A DNA stretch of 46,300 bases from Lachnospiraceae bacterium (GCA_019421365.1 JAHZFJ010000005.1:1-46300); one strand, 5' to 3'. Counted from the stretch's first letter, positions 1-10,798 are shown. Program-made: numbers and translations. Notes: generated by a model not told the origin, from the sequence alone.

Positions 1-85
1 CAACTTTTGGCTATGGAACTTATCAGTTCTTTAATTGCCATGAATATTTCAGGATAATTATAAATAAAATAAATTATATGAAAAT

Positions 86-436
86 GTGGAGGAAGAAATT
101 ATGAAAAATTTATACAAATGTTCAGTTTGTGGTTATATTGCAGAAGGGATTGAAGCACCAGATGTTTGTCCAAAATGCGGATTAGGAAAAGAAAAGTTTG
201 TTGAACTTAGTAAAGAAGAAGCTGATAAAATCTACGCTTCTGATAGAACTAACAGCATTCACGCTGAAATCATTGTATTAGCTGATAGAATTGCTGAGCT
301 TTCACAAGAAGGTATAGAGATAAATCTTGATCCAAAATGTGTATCTGGATTTGGAAAAGCTAAAGATGAAGCTTGGGTTATTAAACAAAGATGTAAAGCG
401 GAATTAGCAGGACACATGGCTAACGGTAAGTGGTAA
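86..436 (+). CDS. Rubredoxin-like zinc-ribbon domain protein. The N-terminus has CxxC...CPxCG. The true start is probably the ATG at 101, which follows GGAGGAAG.
   Basis: ORF track; C-x2-C-x~15-C-P-x-C-G motif read from the translation; RBS GGAGGA lies 7 nt before ATG 101. Confidence 0.55.
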   Translation: MEEEIMKNLYKCSVCGYIAEGIEAPDVCPKCGLGKEKFVELSKEEADKIYASDRTNSIHAEIIVLADRIAELSQEGIEINLDPKCVSGFGKAKDEAWVIKQRCKAELAGHMANGKW

Positions 437-475
437 GAATTCAATATTTCTAAGTCAAAGAAAGTTTACCCAAAA

Positions 476-510
476 AGGTAGAGACCAAATAAAAGTCTCT
501 ACCTTTATTA
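476..510 (+). terminator. Rho-independent terminator. AGGTAGAGAC-loop-GTCTCTACCT followed by TTTATTAT.
   Basis: Perfect 10-bp stem and T-run read directly. Confidence 0.7.
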
Positions 511-660
511 TGTAATGTAACATAACGTGAAAACAATGAATATAACTGTATAAAATTGAGTAATAATGAATAAATCTGTTTGAAGTGAATAAAATTGAAG
601 CTAAAATTGCATAAAAGTTAAGAAAATCAAAAAAATATGCATGAAAATGTATTTTTATAC

Positions 661-688
661 TTGATTTTTAATGAATATGCGTTATAAT
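661..688 (+). promoter_or_regulatory. Sigma-A-type promoter (TTGATT-16-TATAAT) upstream of the amino-acid ABC operon
   Basis: Hexamers and spacing read directly. Confidence 0.5.
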
Positions 689-788
689 TATTATATTATT
701 AAGTGCGAGAGCAGTGGAAAATCTTTAGTACATAAGATGAGATTCACAATTAATTTAAGAAGTATAAAAGGAAGAGGAGATAATAGTT

Positions 789-1547
789 ATGAAGAAAAAA
801 ATAGTTTTAACAGGATTAATCCTAGCAATGGCAATCTCTACTATGGCATGTTCAAAGAAAGATGCACAAACAAGTGGTACTGCAGATAGTGATACATTAG
901 TAATGGCAACAAATGCAGAATTTCCACCATATGAATACCTTGATGGTAGTGATTTTAAGGGGATCGATATTGAAATTGCACAAGCAATAGCAGATGATCT
1001 TGGAAAAGAATTAGTAATCGAAGATATGGCTTTTGATTCAATTATTACAGCGGTACAATCAGGTAAAGCTGATATTGGTTTAGCAGGAATTACATCTACC
1101 CCAGAACGTTTAGAGAACGTGGATTTTAGTGATACTTATACAACAGCAACACAGGTTATTATTGTGAAAAAGGGTAGCGATATCACTACAGTAGATGGGT
1201 TAGAAGGCAAAATAATTGGAGTGCAATTAGGAACAACTGGAGATATCTATGCAGATGATGTTAAGGATGCAACAGTAGAACGTTACAATAAAGGATTTGA
1301 AGCAGTGCAAGCTTTAAGCCAAGGAAAGATCGATGCGGTAATCATTGATACTGAACCAGCGAAAGTATTTGTTAGTCAAAGCGATGATATTGAAATCTTA
1401 GACGAAGAATTTACAGTTGAGGAGTATGCCATTGCAATCAAAAAAGGCAATGAAGAACTTCAAAAGCAAATAAATGAATCGTTAGATAAATTAAAAGAAT
1501 CTGGTGAACTTCAAACAATTATTGATAAATATATCAATGAAGACTAA
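789..1547 (+). CDS. Polar amino acid ABC transporter substrate-binding lipoprotein (family 3 SBP)
   Basis: Signal peptide with a Cys lipobox (AISTMAC); SBP_bac_3-like sequence; operon with HisM-like permease and GlnQ-like ATPase. Confidence 0.85.
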   Translation: MKKKIVLTGLILAMAISTMACSKKDAQTSGTADSDTLVMATNAEFPPYEYLDGSDFKGIDIEIAQAIADDLGKELVIEDMAFDSIITAVQSGKADIGLAGITSTPERLENVDFSDTYTTATQVIIVKKGSDITTVDGLEGKIIGVQLGTTGDIYADDVKDATVERYNKGFEAVQALSQGKIDAVIIDTEPAKVFVSQSDDIEILDEEFTVEEYAIAIKKGNEELQKQINESLDKLKESGELQTIIDKYINED

Positions 1548-1566
1548 GTAGGATAAGGTAGAAAAA

Positions 1567-2256
1567 ATGGAAAAACTCATTGAACAATTTACACAGAATT
1601 TCATTGAGAAAGATCGATGGATGTATATAGTTGATGGTCTTAAAGTTACTTTGACCATTACATTTTTTGCAGTATTAATAGGTATCTGTATTGGTTTTAT
1701 AGTAGGAATGATTCGTTCTACCTATGATAAAACAGGAAAATGTAAGATATTAAATGTACTATGTAAGATATATCTTACTGTCTTTCGTGGAACACCAGTT
1801 GTAATCCAGTTATTAATCATTTACTTTGTTGTGTTTGGTAGTGTTCGAATTGATAAAGTATTCGTAGCTATTATTGCATTTGGTATAAACTCTGGTGCTT
1901 ATGTAGCTGAAATTATTCGAGGTGGCATTATGTCCATCGACGAAGGCCAGTTTGAGGCAGGTAGAAGTTTAGGTTTCAATTATATGCAAACGATGAGATA
2001 TATCATTATGCCACAAGCAATCAAGAATGTATTACCTGCTTTAGGTAATGAATTCATCGTATTATTAAAAGAAACGTCAGTATCTGGTTATATTGCAATT
2101 GCTGATTTAACAAAAGCGGGAGATATTATAAGAAGTCAGACATATTCGGCATTCTTTCCGTTGTTCGGTGTAGCTGCAATCTACCTTGTACTTGTTATGA
2201 TTTTTACTTTCTTAGTAGGACGATTAGAGAGGAGATTAAACAATGGAACACACTAA
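1567..2256 (+). CDS. Amino acid ABC transporter permease (HisMQ-type)
   Basis: Multi-TM protein carrying the EAA-like loop of polar-amino-acid permeases; operon context. Confidence 0.85.
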   Translation: MEKLIEQFTQNFIEKDRWMYIVDGLKVTLTITFFAVLIGICIGFIVGMIRSTYDKTGKCKILNVLCKIYLTVFRGTPVVIQLLIIYFVVFGSVRIDKVFVAIIAFGINSGAYVAEIIRGGIMSIDEGQFEAGRSLGFNYMQTMRYIIMPQAIKNVLPALGNEFIVLLKETSVSGYIAIADLTKAGDIIRSQTYSAFFPLFGVAAIYLVLVMIFTFLVGRLERRLNNGTH

Positions 2257-2992
2257 TATCGATAATTCTCTCATTCAAGTAAAGAACATAAAGAAACAGT
2301 TTGGAGAAAAATTTGCGTTAAATGATGTAAACTGTAATATTAATAAAGGTGAAGTAGTATTTATCATTGGACCTTCTGGCTCTGGAAAGAGTACCTTTCT
2401 TAGATGTTTAAATCTTTTAGAGACACCAACATCAGGCCAAATCATTTTTGAGGGCAATGAACTGACAAAGAAAGGCGTTAATGTTAATGCATTACGTCAG
2501 AAGATGGGAATGGTATTCCAACATTTCAATCTATTCCCTCACATGACCATCTTACAAAATCTTACCCTTGCACCAATGAAATTACAAGGAGTAAGCAAGG
2601 ATGATGCGGAGAAGGAAGCAATGCGTTTACTTAAGCGTGTAGGATTAGAAGATCGTGCTGATGCATATCCATCTCAATTATCGGGTGGTCAAAAACAACG
2701 TATTGCGATCGTACGTTCTCTATGTATGAAACCAGAAGTGATGTTATTTGATGAACCAACTTCGGCTCTAGATCCAGAGATGGTTGGTGAAGTACTTGGT
2801 GTTATGAGAGAACTTGCAGAAGATAATATGACAATGGTGGTAGTTACTCATGAAATGGGGTTTGCCAAAGAAGTTGCGAGTAGAGTAATTTTCATGGATC
2901 AAGGTCAAATAGTGGAAGAGAATAGCCCAGAAGAATTATTTGCACATCCAAAGAGTGAGCGTTTACAAAACTTTTTAAGTAAAGTATTATAG
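2243..2992 (+). CDS. Amino acid ABC transporter ATP-binding protein (GlnQ-like)
   Basis: Walker [10 protein letters not shown], signature LSGGQKQR, Walker [12 protein letters not shown]. Confidence 0.9.
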   Translation: MEHTNIDNSLIQVKNIKKQFGEKFALNDVNCNINKGEVVFIIGPSGSGKSTFLRCLNLLETPTSGQIIFEGNELTKKGVNVNALRQKMGMVFQHFNLFPHMTILQNLTLAPMKLQGVSKDDAEKEAMRLLKRVGLEDRADAYPSQLSGGQKQRIAIVRSLCMKPEVMLFDEPTSALDPEMVGEVLGVMRELAEDNMTMVVVTHEMGFAKEVASRVIFMDQGQIVEENSPEELFAHPKSERLQNFLSKVL

Positions 2993-2997
2993 ATCAT

Positions 2998-3090
2998 AAA
3001 AAGATGAATCAAGTTTGAAAGATATCCAAATGCAAGTTTGTTTGACGAGTATTTGAGAAGCACTTTAAATTGATTCATCTTTTTTTGTTG
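2998..3090 (+). terminator. Putative intrinsic terminator. A 13-bp stem AAAGATGAATCAA/TTGATTCATCTTT encloses a large loop and is followed by a T-run.
   Basis: Stem and TTTTTTTGTTG read directly. The loop is unusually long. Confidence 0.4.
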
Positions 3091-3281
3091 ATTTGCAAGT
3101 AACTTTACTTAAAGTAAATTCCTATTATATTTTACAAAAGAAATTGTTAATTATTATAAATATGTACGTAATTGTGCTATACTATATGCAGGGGAATAAG
3201 GGAGATACCATTAATAAGTCTAGTTTACCGATTAAATAAATTGTTTATCTATAACTATATGAAGAAAGGAAGAATGATACA

Positions 3282-3578
3282 ATGAAATGTTTTATAGTAG
3301 AAGGAATATTAAAGACGGAACAAGTTGAAGAAAGCATAATGAAAGAACATATAGCCTATTCTCAAAAAGCGATGGACGAAGGACTAATAATGATGTCTGG
3401 GCTTAAGTCAGATATGAGTGGTGGTCTATTCATCATGAAAGCAGAATCTCTTAATCAAGTAGAGGACTATTTAGCTACTGAGCCTTTTAAAGTAGCAGGA
3501 ATACAAGAATATAGGGTTATAGAGTATATGCCACATTATATTAACCAATCCCCTAGTGAATGGTTTGATATGAAATAA
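3282..3578 (+). CDS. YciI-like (Dabb fold) protein
   Basis: About 98 aa with a typical YciI-family sequence (EPFKVAGI..YRVIEY). Confidence 0.6.
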   Translation: MKCFIVEGILKTEQVEESIMKEHIAYSQKAMDEGLIMMSGLKSDMSGGLFIMKAESLNQVEDYLATEPFKVAGIQEYRVIEYMPHYINQSPSEWFDMK

Positions 3579-3623
3579 GATCTTCGAATAGTAATATCTT
3601 TCTTAATTAAGTGTTAATCCATA

Positions 3624-3672
3624 AAAGAAGAATCAATTCAACTGATTAGTTGAGTTGGTTCTTCTTTGCGTT
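3624..3672 (+). terminator. Putative two-level hairpin terminator after the yciI-like gene
   Basis: AAAGAAGAATCAA..TTGGTTCTTCTTT with an inner TCAACT/AGTTGA pair. The T-tract is weak. Confidence 0.35.
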
Positions 3673-3743
3673 ATAAAAAGAGTAAGTATATGTTAATTAT
3701 AGTGAATATATTTTGCTGGTGTTATATAATGGTAAAAATACTA

Positions 3744-3774
3744 TTGACTTTGACACTGTGTCGTACTTTAAAAT
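3744..3774 (+). promoter_or_regulatory. MerR-type promoter. TTGACT, a 19-bp spacer and TAAAAT, with the palindrome GACACTGTGTC centred in the spacer.
   Basis: Hexamers, the suboptimal 19-bp spacer and the dyad were read directly. The promoter sits 24 nt upstream of the MerR-family gene. Confidence 0.55.
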
Positions 3775-3797
3775 GAATCCAGAAAGGAGATGAGTGC

Positions 3798-4781
3798 ATG
3801 GAAACAATGACAATCAGTCAACTATCAAAAGCGTTTGACGTATCAACTAGAATGCTTCGATATTATGAAAAAATGGGCCTCTTAGTTAGTCACCGTAAGG
3901 AAGATTATGCATATCGAATGTATGATGAAATTGCTGTAAGGCGCCTGCAGCAAATCATTATACTTCGCAAACTACATATTCCCCTAAAGCAAATCGCATT
4001 AATATTCGAGGATAAAGAACAAGTTGATACACTCAATATTTTTCAAGAAAACATTAGCGAAATTGAAGATGAGATTAATGCCCTTAGTACCATACGGGAT
4101 ATTTTGAACGTTTTTGTATCTAGACTTAGTGTAAGCTTACAAAATAATATAAGGTTGGATTTGCTTGAAGATAGTGAGTTAATAAAGGTCGTTGATACTC
4201 TTTGCCTTTCAAAATCAAATTTAAAGGAGGAACGGTCAATGGATGAACTTAATAAAGCAATTGAAACATTGAATAAAAACCTGGAGGTAAGAATGGTGTT
4301 GTTACCACCTTGTACAGTAGCTTCTTATCATTATGTGGGTGCAAACCCTGAAGAAGTGGTTGGGGAACAGATGAGTAAATTTGTTAAAGAGAGAAAGATC
4401 TATGAAATAAAACCAGATGCGAGGCTGTTTGGGTTTAACCACCCTAATCCATCAGAAACTAGAGAATTTTATGGATATGAGGACTGGGTGACTATTCCTG
4501 AGGATATGGAGGTTTCTGAACCTTTTACAAAGAAGCGTTTTGAGGGCGGTTTATATGCAGCACTTACAATTAACTTTCCTAATTTTAATGAATGGTCAGA
4601 TTTAGCAGATTGGGTTCACAAGAGTGATAAGTATGAAGCTAATTATAACGACCTTGGGGAGGAAATCATGAGCGGCTGTCTTGAAGAACATCTAAACTGG
4701 GTATATTCAGCGCACATGGGATGGCCAGAAAACGGTATTGATGGGCAAATAGATTTGTTGTTACCTGTTAAACTTAAATAA
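3798..4781 (+). CDS. MerR-family transcriptional regulator with a C-terminal GyrI-like/effector-binding domain (BmrR-like architecture)
   Basis: N-terminal MerR HTH (MTISQLSKAFDVSTRMLRYYEKMGLL) followed by a coiled-coil and a roughly 150-aa C-terminal domain. Confidence 0.8.
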   Translation: METMTISQLSKAFDVSTRMLRYYEKMGLLVSHRKEDYAYRMYDEIAVRRLQQIIILRKLHIPLKQIALIFEDKEQVDTLNIFQENISEIEDEINALSTIRDILNVFVSRLSVSLQNNIRLDLLEDSELIKVVDTLCLSKSNLKEERSMDELNKAIETLNKNLEVRMVLLPPCTVASYHYVGANPEEVVGEQMSKFVKERKIYEIKPDARLFGFNHPNPSETREFYGYEDWVTIPEDMEVSEPFTKKRFEGGLYAALTINFPNFNEWSDLADWVHKSDKYEANYNDLGEEIMSGCLEEHLNWVYSAHMGWPENGIDGQIDLLLPVKLK

Positions 4782-4944
4782 AATTCTCTTTGTTCTGAAA
4801 AAAATACAAAAAATCCTAACTTTTACAGTGATTTGCATTTGCTAAATATCGAATAGCTTATTATAATGTTGAATGGTGTGTTATTTACAAGACTTTAGAT
4901 AGGAATAACACAAAGCAAATCAAAATGATCAAAAGAGGTTAGGT

Positions 4945-5787
4945 ATGGAAAAAAATTATTTTACTCAGAGCGAAATCATTGAGAATACAATTAATGATTA
5001 TACGCACAAAGCAAATTATTCGGTAATTAAAATGGCACTATACGGACTACTTGCAGGTTTATGTATTGCCATTGGTGCACAGGGGAGTTTGCTAGCAATT
5101 CATAATATTGCTGATCCAGGTATTGCGAAGGCAGTAGCAGGTGTAGTATTCCCTGTTGGTTTGATGTTTATCGTATTAATTGGTGGACAGTTATTTACAG
5201 GTAATTGTTTATTGTTTATGGCTGGCTGGGATAAGAAAATATCTTGGGCTAAAATTGCAAAGAATCTTGCTGTCATTTGGGTTGCAAACCTAATTGGTGC
5301 ATTATTTATCGCAGCTATGTGCTATTTTTCTGGACAATTTGATTTTAACCACGGTGCATTAGGTGCTTACACGATTAAAAATGCAGTTGCAAAAGCTAAC
5401 GTAGATCCATTTCAAGGTTTCTTATCAGGAATCCTATGTAATATCATTGTTTGTGCAGCAATCTTAGTAGCAGCTAGTGCGAAAGATGTAGTAGGTAAGA
5501 TTTTTGGAGTGTTCTTCCCTATTTTCGTATTCGTAATTTCAGGTTTTGAGCACTGTATAGCCAATGCTTATTACTTACCAGCTGGTTTTTTTGCAGCAAG
5601 AAATAGTGAATACGTGGAAATTGCAAAAGAAGTGTATCATATAACAGAGGAACAGATTAACTCGTTAACAGTATCCAATGCATTCCTTAATAACTTAATT
5701 CCAGTTACAATTGGTAATATCATTGGTGGTGGAATTATAATTAGTGGAATTATGTTCCTATGCCATAGATCAAAAAAATTAAAATAA
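4945..5787 (+). CDS. Formate/nitrite transporter (FNT) family channel
   Basis: Six-TM protein with the FNT signature LFTGN and a typical FocA/NirC-like sequence. Confidence 0.8.
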   Translation: MEKNYFTQSEIIENTINDYTHKANYSVIKMALYGLLAGLCIAIGAQGSLLAIHNIADPGIAKAVAGVVFPVGLMFIVLIGGQLFTGNCLLFMAGWDKKISWAKIAKNLAVIWVANLIGALFIAAMCYFSGQFDFNHGALGAYTIKNAVAKANVDPFQGFLSGILCNIIVCAAILVAASAKDVVGKIFGVFFPIFVFVISGFEHCIANAYYLPAGFFAARNSEYVEIAKEVYHITEEQINSLTVSNAFLNNLIPVTIGNIIGGGIIISGIMFLCHRSKKLK

Positions 5788-5861
5788 AAGTTTTTCTTAA
5801 TGAATATAGCAATTATCTACTCTTAATAAAGTTTTTTATGTGCGAAGTTTGAGTTAATAAG

Positions 5862-5903
5862 AAGAGCCAAGTTACTAATTTAAGTAATTTGGCTCTTTCT
5901 TAT
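5862..5903. terminator. Bidirectional terminator between the convergent FNT and flotillin genes
   Basis: AAGAGCCAAGTTACT-loop-AGTAATTTGGCTCTT followed by a T-rich tract. Confidence 0.65.
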
Positions 5904-5907
5904 GTTG

Positions 5908-7884
5908 TTACGTATTAGGAATGTTATCCTCAGAGACCATGGTGTTGTCTTCTGGGATGGAGATTCCAAGTTTATCTAGAGTAATTAATCGAAGGAGTGT
6001 ATCTAGAATCATTTGTGATGATGAGCCAGTATCATCTGAGCCACCACCAAGTGATACCATTGTCTTTGGAACGATATCCACAGAAGTATTCTTAATTGCA
6101 TCAGCCAATTTCTCGGTAATTTCTTGTATGATTCGGTATTGAGCACCACCATAGGCTTTTACTTGAGCGTCAATTGCCTGTGCTTTGGCAAGGCCTATAT
6201 TCGTCTCTTTAGAGGCATCGGCTTCTCCTTCTAAACGAACCTTGGAAGCATTAGCTTTGGCGAGTGCAATAATTTGATTGGCTTCCTGTTCTGCTTTGCT
6301 AGCAAGAGCGGCACCACTATTGCCTTCAATTTCGATTTGAATCTTAGACTTAGTTAAGAAGCTTTGTTGTTCAGCAACTGCTTGTGCTTCGCGAAGTGAT
6401 TTTTCACTTTCCGCCGCAGATTGCTGTTTTTGATATGTAATTTTCTTTTCTTCTGCAATTTGTCGTTCTCTTAATTGAGTAAGGATATTCTCAATCTGTA
6501 CATCACCTTTGGTGGACTTTGGAGTTCCGATTAAGACTTCTTCTAGTTGAAGGTTATATTTTTCAAATTTGTTCTTCATCTCAATAACGGCGCGCTCGCG
6601 GATAGAACTTCGCTCCTGAATCAGTTCAATTAAGGTTTTGGTTTGAGCGACATCTTTAAAATAAGCACTTACTAACGGGTCAAGGGATTGATTTACAAGC
6701 ATACTGATGTCACCAAAACGTTGGATGACCCATGGGGCCTGTTTGTAATCAATGTGCATTACAACCGAAAGTGGAAGAGATGGTTCAAAGGCATCTTTGG
6801 TGATAATATCAACTTCTGATAAGTTTTGATCATATTTATGTTCACCAACTTCTCCGCGATTCCATTTTAAGATGATATTCGTAGTAGGAACTAGAATTAC
6901 TTTACCTGCATCGGTATTGAAGGCATATTTACCTGGCATGAGTGGTTTTTGTAACACACCCTTGCAGCCGTTTTCGACCAGTTCGCCATGACGATATTCT
7001 GCGCCGGTAGTATCAACTCCTTGTATTCCAAAGAATGAGACAACGACACCTACATAACCAATTGGGACTACGGTTTTGGAACGGAATTCTACAGTAGCGA
7101 ACAGACGATTGATATAGTAAGTACCATCTGTTAACACCTCAATCTGCTTACCTCGACGACCACCAAGCTCAATGAATTGCTCCGGATCTTGATAGCTTGC
7201 ATGGCCTTCGCCTACTTCTGGCGCTATGATTTCTCCTTGTTGAAGAGGAGAACTATCGTGAACAGTCACGATTCCCATTAAGTCGCTGCTATCATTTCCT
7301 TTTCCCATGATAACTACGGGAACAAAGGCATTTCTTAGAGTCAGAGTCTCTTGCATACTTTCTAGTTCTAGTCGTTCTTGTTTGTTACCAGTATAGATTG
7401 CTTTGATCTCATTCTGAGTAATTATTATAAACTGTGCTAAGTTAATTGCGTAGGTTCCTTCTCGAAGAATTCCACGCTGAGGACCTTTTTGGCCACCGTT
7501 TTGTAAGAAGCCTCTTACATCTTGAAAATTATTAGCTTCTGGTACAATTTTACCAAGCGTTTGAGTTGGAGATAGGGGAACGCCGTCTTTAGAAAATATA
7601 TAAGCAATTTGTCCTTGCGGGATGGTTATCAATGGGTATCGATGAATACGAAACATTAATGTGGAACGAAAATGGATACCACCACGAAGAAGATCAGGTG
7701 AATAACCTGCTTCCGCGTGTAAAGCAATGATAGAATCTTTTAGTGAACCATGAATGCTCCACCATTTTTCCACTACAGCTACTTCGTTTGACTTGATGAT
7801 ACGTAATCCAAGAATCTGAAAAATCAGAAGATATAAGAGGATGAGCCCTCCTACGATAAATAAAACAAGGTCAAAATTACTCAT
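5908..7884 (-). CDS. Flotillin-like SPFH/Band-7 domain protein (FloT/YqiK-like), 658 aa
   Basis: N-terminal TM, SPFH domain and a long EA-rich coiled-coil (flotillin repeat region). Confidence 0.8.
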   Translation of the reverse strand: MSNFDLVLFIVGGLILLYLLIFQILGLRIIKSNEVAVVEKWWSIHGSLKDSIIALHAEAGYSPDLLRGGIHFRSTLMFRIHRYPLITIPQGQIAYIFSKDGVPLSPTQTLGKIVPEANNFQDVRGFLQNGGQKGPQRGILREGTYAINLAQFIIITQNEIKAIYTGNKQERLELESMQETLTLRNAFVPVVIMGKGNDSSDLMGIVTVHDSSPLQQGEIIAPEVGEGHASYQDPEQFIELGGRRGKQIEVLTDGTYYINRLFATVEFRSKTVVPIGYVGVVVSFFGIQGVDTTGAEYRHGELVENGCKGVLQKPLMPGKYAFNTDAGKVILVPTTNIILKWNRGEVGEHKYDQNLSEVDIITKDAFEPSLPLSVVMHIDYKQAPWVIQRFGDISMLVNQSLDPLVSAYFKDVAQTKTLIELIQERSSIRERAVIEMKNKFEKYNLQLEEVLIGTPKSTKGDVQIENILTQLRERQIAEEKKITYQKQQSAAESEKSLREAQAVAEQQSFLTKSKIQIEIEGNSGAALASKAEQEANQIIALAKANASKVRLEGEADASKETNIGLAKAQAIDAQVKAYGGAQYRIIQEITEKLADAIKNTSVDIVPKTMVSLGGGSDDTGSSSQMILDTLLRLITLDKLGISIPEDNTMVSEDNIPNT

Positions 7885-8029
7885 AAAAACACTCCCTTCA
7901 TAAGAAAACTTAATACAGTATGATTTAGCACGTCTGAATCAATCTATTATATTCTAATCTTTCTTTGGATAGAATTAATAATATATGCTAAGAAAGTGGA
8001 AGTATAAGGATAATAAACTAGGAAAGAAC

Positions 8030-8058
8030 TTGATTTACAAGAGATATGTATGTATGAT
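8030..8058 (+). promoter_or_regulatory. Sigma-A-type promoter (TTGATT-17-TATGAT) upstream of the MATE gene
   Basis: Read directly. Confidence 0.45.
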
Positions 8059-8097
8059 ATTCTAGGTTAAGAAAATGTTAAGAAACAAAGGAAGAAG

Positions 8098-9456
8098 ATG
8101 ATGGAAAAAAACGTTAATTTATTAGAAGGTCCAATTTTTAGTGGACTGACTAAACTCGCAGTTCCTATTATGGCCACATCGATGGTACAGATGGCATATA
8201 ATATGATCGACATGATCTGGATTGGTAGACTTGGTAGTAATGCAGTTGCAGCAATAGGTGCTGCAGGTATGTACATGTGGTTAGCCAATGGAGTATCTAC
8301 TTTATCAAAGATGGGGGGCCAAATCAAAGTTGGCCAAGCTCTAGGAGCAGGCAACAAAAAAGAAGCTGGAGAATATGCCACCAGCGCGATACAACTAGCA
8401 CTTATATATGGCTTTGTTATATCTTTAATCATTCTGGTTATGGCCAATCCCTTCATTCGTTTTCTAGGTTTGAATGGAGCTGATGTAATAGCAGATGGAA
8501 TTATCTATCTTCAAATTGTCAGTATAGGTATTTTATTTACCTTTATCAATCAAGTGCTAACGGGAATCTTTACAGCCATGGGAAACAGTAGTATTGCGTT
8601 CCGTGCGACAGCCATAGGGTTAGTAATCAATATTGTGTTTGATCCAGTGTTAATCTTTGGAGCTGGTCCGATTCCAGCACTTGGTGTAGCTGGTGCGGCA
8701 ATAGCAACTGTAATGGCACAAGCAGTGGTAATGCTCTTGTTTATAGTAGCCTGTAGAAAGGATAAAGTGCTATTTGATCAAATTAAGATTCTTTGTAAAC
8801 CGAATACAAAGGATATGAAACAAATCACTAAGATTGGATTACCAGTCTCTATACAAAGCATGATGTTCACAGGAATATCTATGATTATCTCAAGATTAGT
8901 TGCTGGATTTGGAGATCAGGCGGTTGCAGTACAAAAAGTAGGAAGTCAGATTGAATCTATAAGTTGGATGACGGCAGAGGGATTTTCAGCAGCAGTTAAT
9001 TCATTCGTAGCACAAAACTACGGAGCAGGGAATTTTCCTCGTGTGAAAAAGGGCTACAAAGTTTCTATGCTTGTGGTTATTGCATGGGGAATCTTCTGTA
9101 CGGCATTATTAGTATTCTTACCAGGGCCAATCTTTAGAATATTCATACAAGAGGAAGCAGCACTTCCTATGGGAATTAATTATCTTAAGATTCTTGGAAT
9201 ATCACAGTTACTCATGTGTATGGAAATTGCTACACAAGGCGCATTTGGAGGAATGGGAAGAACAATACCACCTTCGATTGTTAGTATTACATGTTCAATA
9301 GCAAGAATACCGTTAGCAATGCTATTGTCTATGACAGTACTTGGATTAAGTGGTATATGGTGGAGTATTAGTATCACTAGTATATTGAAAGGTGTTTTAT
9401 TAGTAACTTGGTTTGCTTTCTTCTTACGTAAGTATGAAAAAAGGTTATCACAATAA
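8098..9456 (+). CDS. MATE family efflux transporter
   Basis: 12-TM protein with a typical MATE N-terminus (LLEGPIFSGLTKLAVPIM..). Confidence 0.85.
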   Translation: MMEKNVNLLEGPIFSGLTKLAVPIMATSMVQMAYNMIDMIWIGRLGSNAVAAIGAAGMYMWLANGVSTLSKMGGQIKVGQALGAGNKKEAGEYATSAIQLALIYGFVISLIILVMANPFIRFLGLNGADVIADGIIYLQIVSIGILFTFINQVLTGIFTAMGNSSIAFRATAIGLVINIVFDPVLIFGAGPIPALGVAGAAIATVMAQAVVMLLFIVACRKDKVLFDQIKILCKPNTKDMKQITKIGLPVSIQSMMFTGISMIISRLVAGFGDQAVAVQKVGSQIESISWMTAEGFSAAVNSFVAQNYGAGNFPRVKKGYKVSMLVVIAWGIFCTALLVFLPGPIFRIFIQEEAALPMGINYLKILGISQLLMCMEIATQGAFGGMGRTIPPSIVSITCSIARIPLAMLLSMTVLGLSGIWWSISITSILKGVLLVTWFAFFLRKYEKRLSQ

Positions 9457-9521
9457 ATCAGGTCTACGATACCGTCAACTCAGGTTGACAGTTTCGTAAA
9501 CAAAAAAATAGGAGATATATT

Positions 9522-9713
9522 TTGCAAGAAAAGATAACGAAATTATTAGAAGAATATAAGATATCATTTGGTGAACTAGCACAGACTCTTGGAATAAGTA
9601 AACAGACGTTAACGAAAAAAGTACTCGGAACAATGGATTGGACATATCCAGAGATGACCAAGTTAATTGACCTTTTTCATATTGATAATCCACAAGAGTT
9701 TTTCTTTAGCTAG
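9522..9713 (+). CDS. Small HTH-like protein, 63 aa, with a TTG start after AGGAGA
   Basis: ORF track; HTH-like ISFGELAQTLGISKQTLTKKV; RBS 7 nt upstream. Confidence 0.4.
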   Translation: MQEKITKLLEEYKISFGELAQTLGISKQTLTKKVLGTMDWTYPEMTKLIDLFHIDNPQEFFFS

Positions 9714-9872
9714 ATTACTCAAACTTCGCACATAGAATCTTCATTCAGAAAAACTATCTGAACACGTCAGTGCCCCAATTTTGTCACAAGGAAGATATAT
9801 CATGTAAATTGAAGATACGATCAACGTAATTGTTCGTAGTAAAAATCAATGTAAGTCAGAGAGGGTGACAAA

Positions 9873-10718
9873 ATGAATATTGAGAATAATGAAAAAAATC
9901 TAATCTTAAAAAGAATGTTATGTATGGTATTGGTGATAGCATTACTTATTCCAACACTGATAAGCTACAGCAAAGTAGCTCAGGCAGCAAGTAATACTAC
10001 AAAAGTAACAATTGCGAATTTTAAAGGTAGTTGGCAGGCTTCTGGTTATGCTCTTGGTAAGTCGGAGTATACTGCATATTTAGCTATGCGAGTAAAGGCA
10101 GATGGAAGTTTCTCTATATATGATCAAGAAGCAGGTAATCCAGGGATTTCGGGAATGATGACGGTAGTCGATGACGATACTATTTCATTAGAATGTGAAG
10201 CTGATGATTTTGACTCACCTTGGCCAGATCTACAATTAACCGATGAGTTAGAATATCACTTCTATAACGAAAATCAAGTTCGTATTACGTACCAAGATAA
10301 GTCAATTGTATTCTCAAAGGTTGGAAAGAGATTTGATTTCAATAAAACATTCTCAGGTAATTGGAATCAGGACTATTATAAAACATGGTATTCGAATAAC
10401 GGTATTAATGTGTCTGCAACCTATAAGCTTAAACTAGAAGGCGGCTCAATTTTGTTATATCGTGTGTACAAGAATAAAGAAACATTCTTAACAAGCTTTT
10501 GTGGTTTGAACTACAATAAGAAAACCCAAGTTGTAAAGACAATTACAGAGTTATCAGATGCTTCTAAATTACCGAAGAATTGGCGTACAATGAAAGAGGG
10601 TAGACATTTTCAGAGATTTAAGCTTAGTTATAATTCTAAAAAACATTGTTTAACGCTTACATTTAATAAAAAATCATATTCGTTCTATTCTAATGTAGTT
10701 TATGGGGAACGTAAATAA
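9873..10718 (+). CDS. Secreted hypothetical protein (signal peptide ..SKVAQA|AS)
   Basis: N-terminal hydrophobic segment followed by an AxA site. I recognise no domain. Confidence 0.6.
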   Translation: MNIENNEKNLILKRMLCMVLVIALLIPTLISYSKVAQAASNTTKVTIANFKGSWQASGYALGKSEYTAYLAMRVKADGSFSIYDQEAGNPGISGMMTVVDDDTISLECEADDFDSPWPDLQLTDELEYHFYNENQVRITYQDKSIVFSKVGKRFDFNKTFSGNWNQDYYKTWYSNNGINVSATYKLKLEGGSILLYRVYKNKETFLTSFCGLNYNKKTQVVKTITELSDASKLPKNWRTMKEGRHFQRFKLSYNSKKHCLTLTFNKKSYSFYSNVVYGERK

Positions 10719-10746
10719 TAAAACTAAATAAAGTTGTAATAGGTTG

Positions 10747-10798
10747 AAAACAGCCGTCATGCTAACCGTATGAAGTTAGTGTGGCGGTTTTTTTTGTT
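10747..10798 (+). terminator. Rho-independent terminator (stem followed by TTTTTTTTGTT)
   Basis: GC-rich stem CAGCCG../..CGGCGG(T) and an 8-T run. Confidence 0.7.

Noticed and set aside
259-444. Short antisense ORFs within confidently called genes. Other examples are 2275-2457, 8067-8456, 9180-9377, 11894-12334, 16504-16764 and 30236-31001.
   Set aside because: They have no RBS, overlap strong domain-bearing CDSs and give low-complexity translations.
671-889. 72-aa ORF overlapping the promoter, leader and start of the SBP gene
   Set aside because: It overlaps a strongly supported lipoprotein gene in another frame and has an AT-rich, low-complexity translation. It is most likely a spurious ORF in the 5' region.
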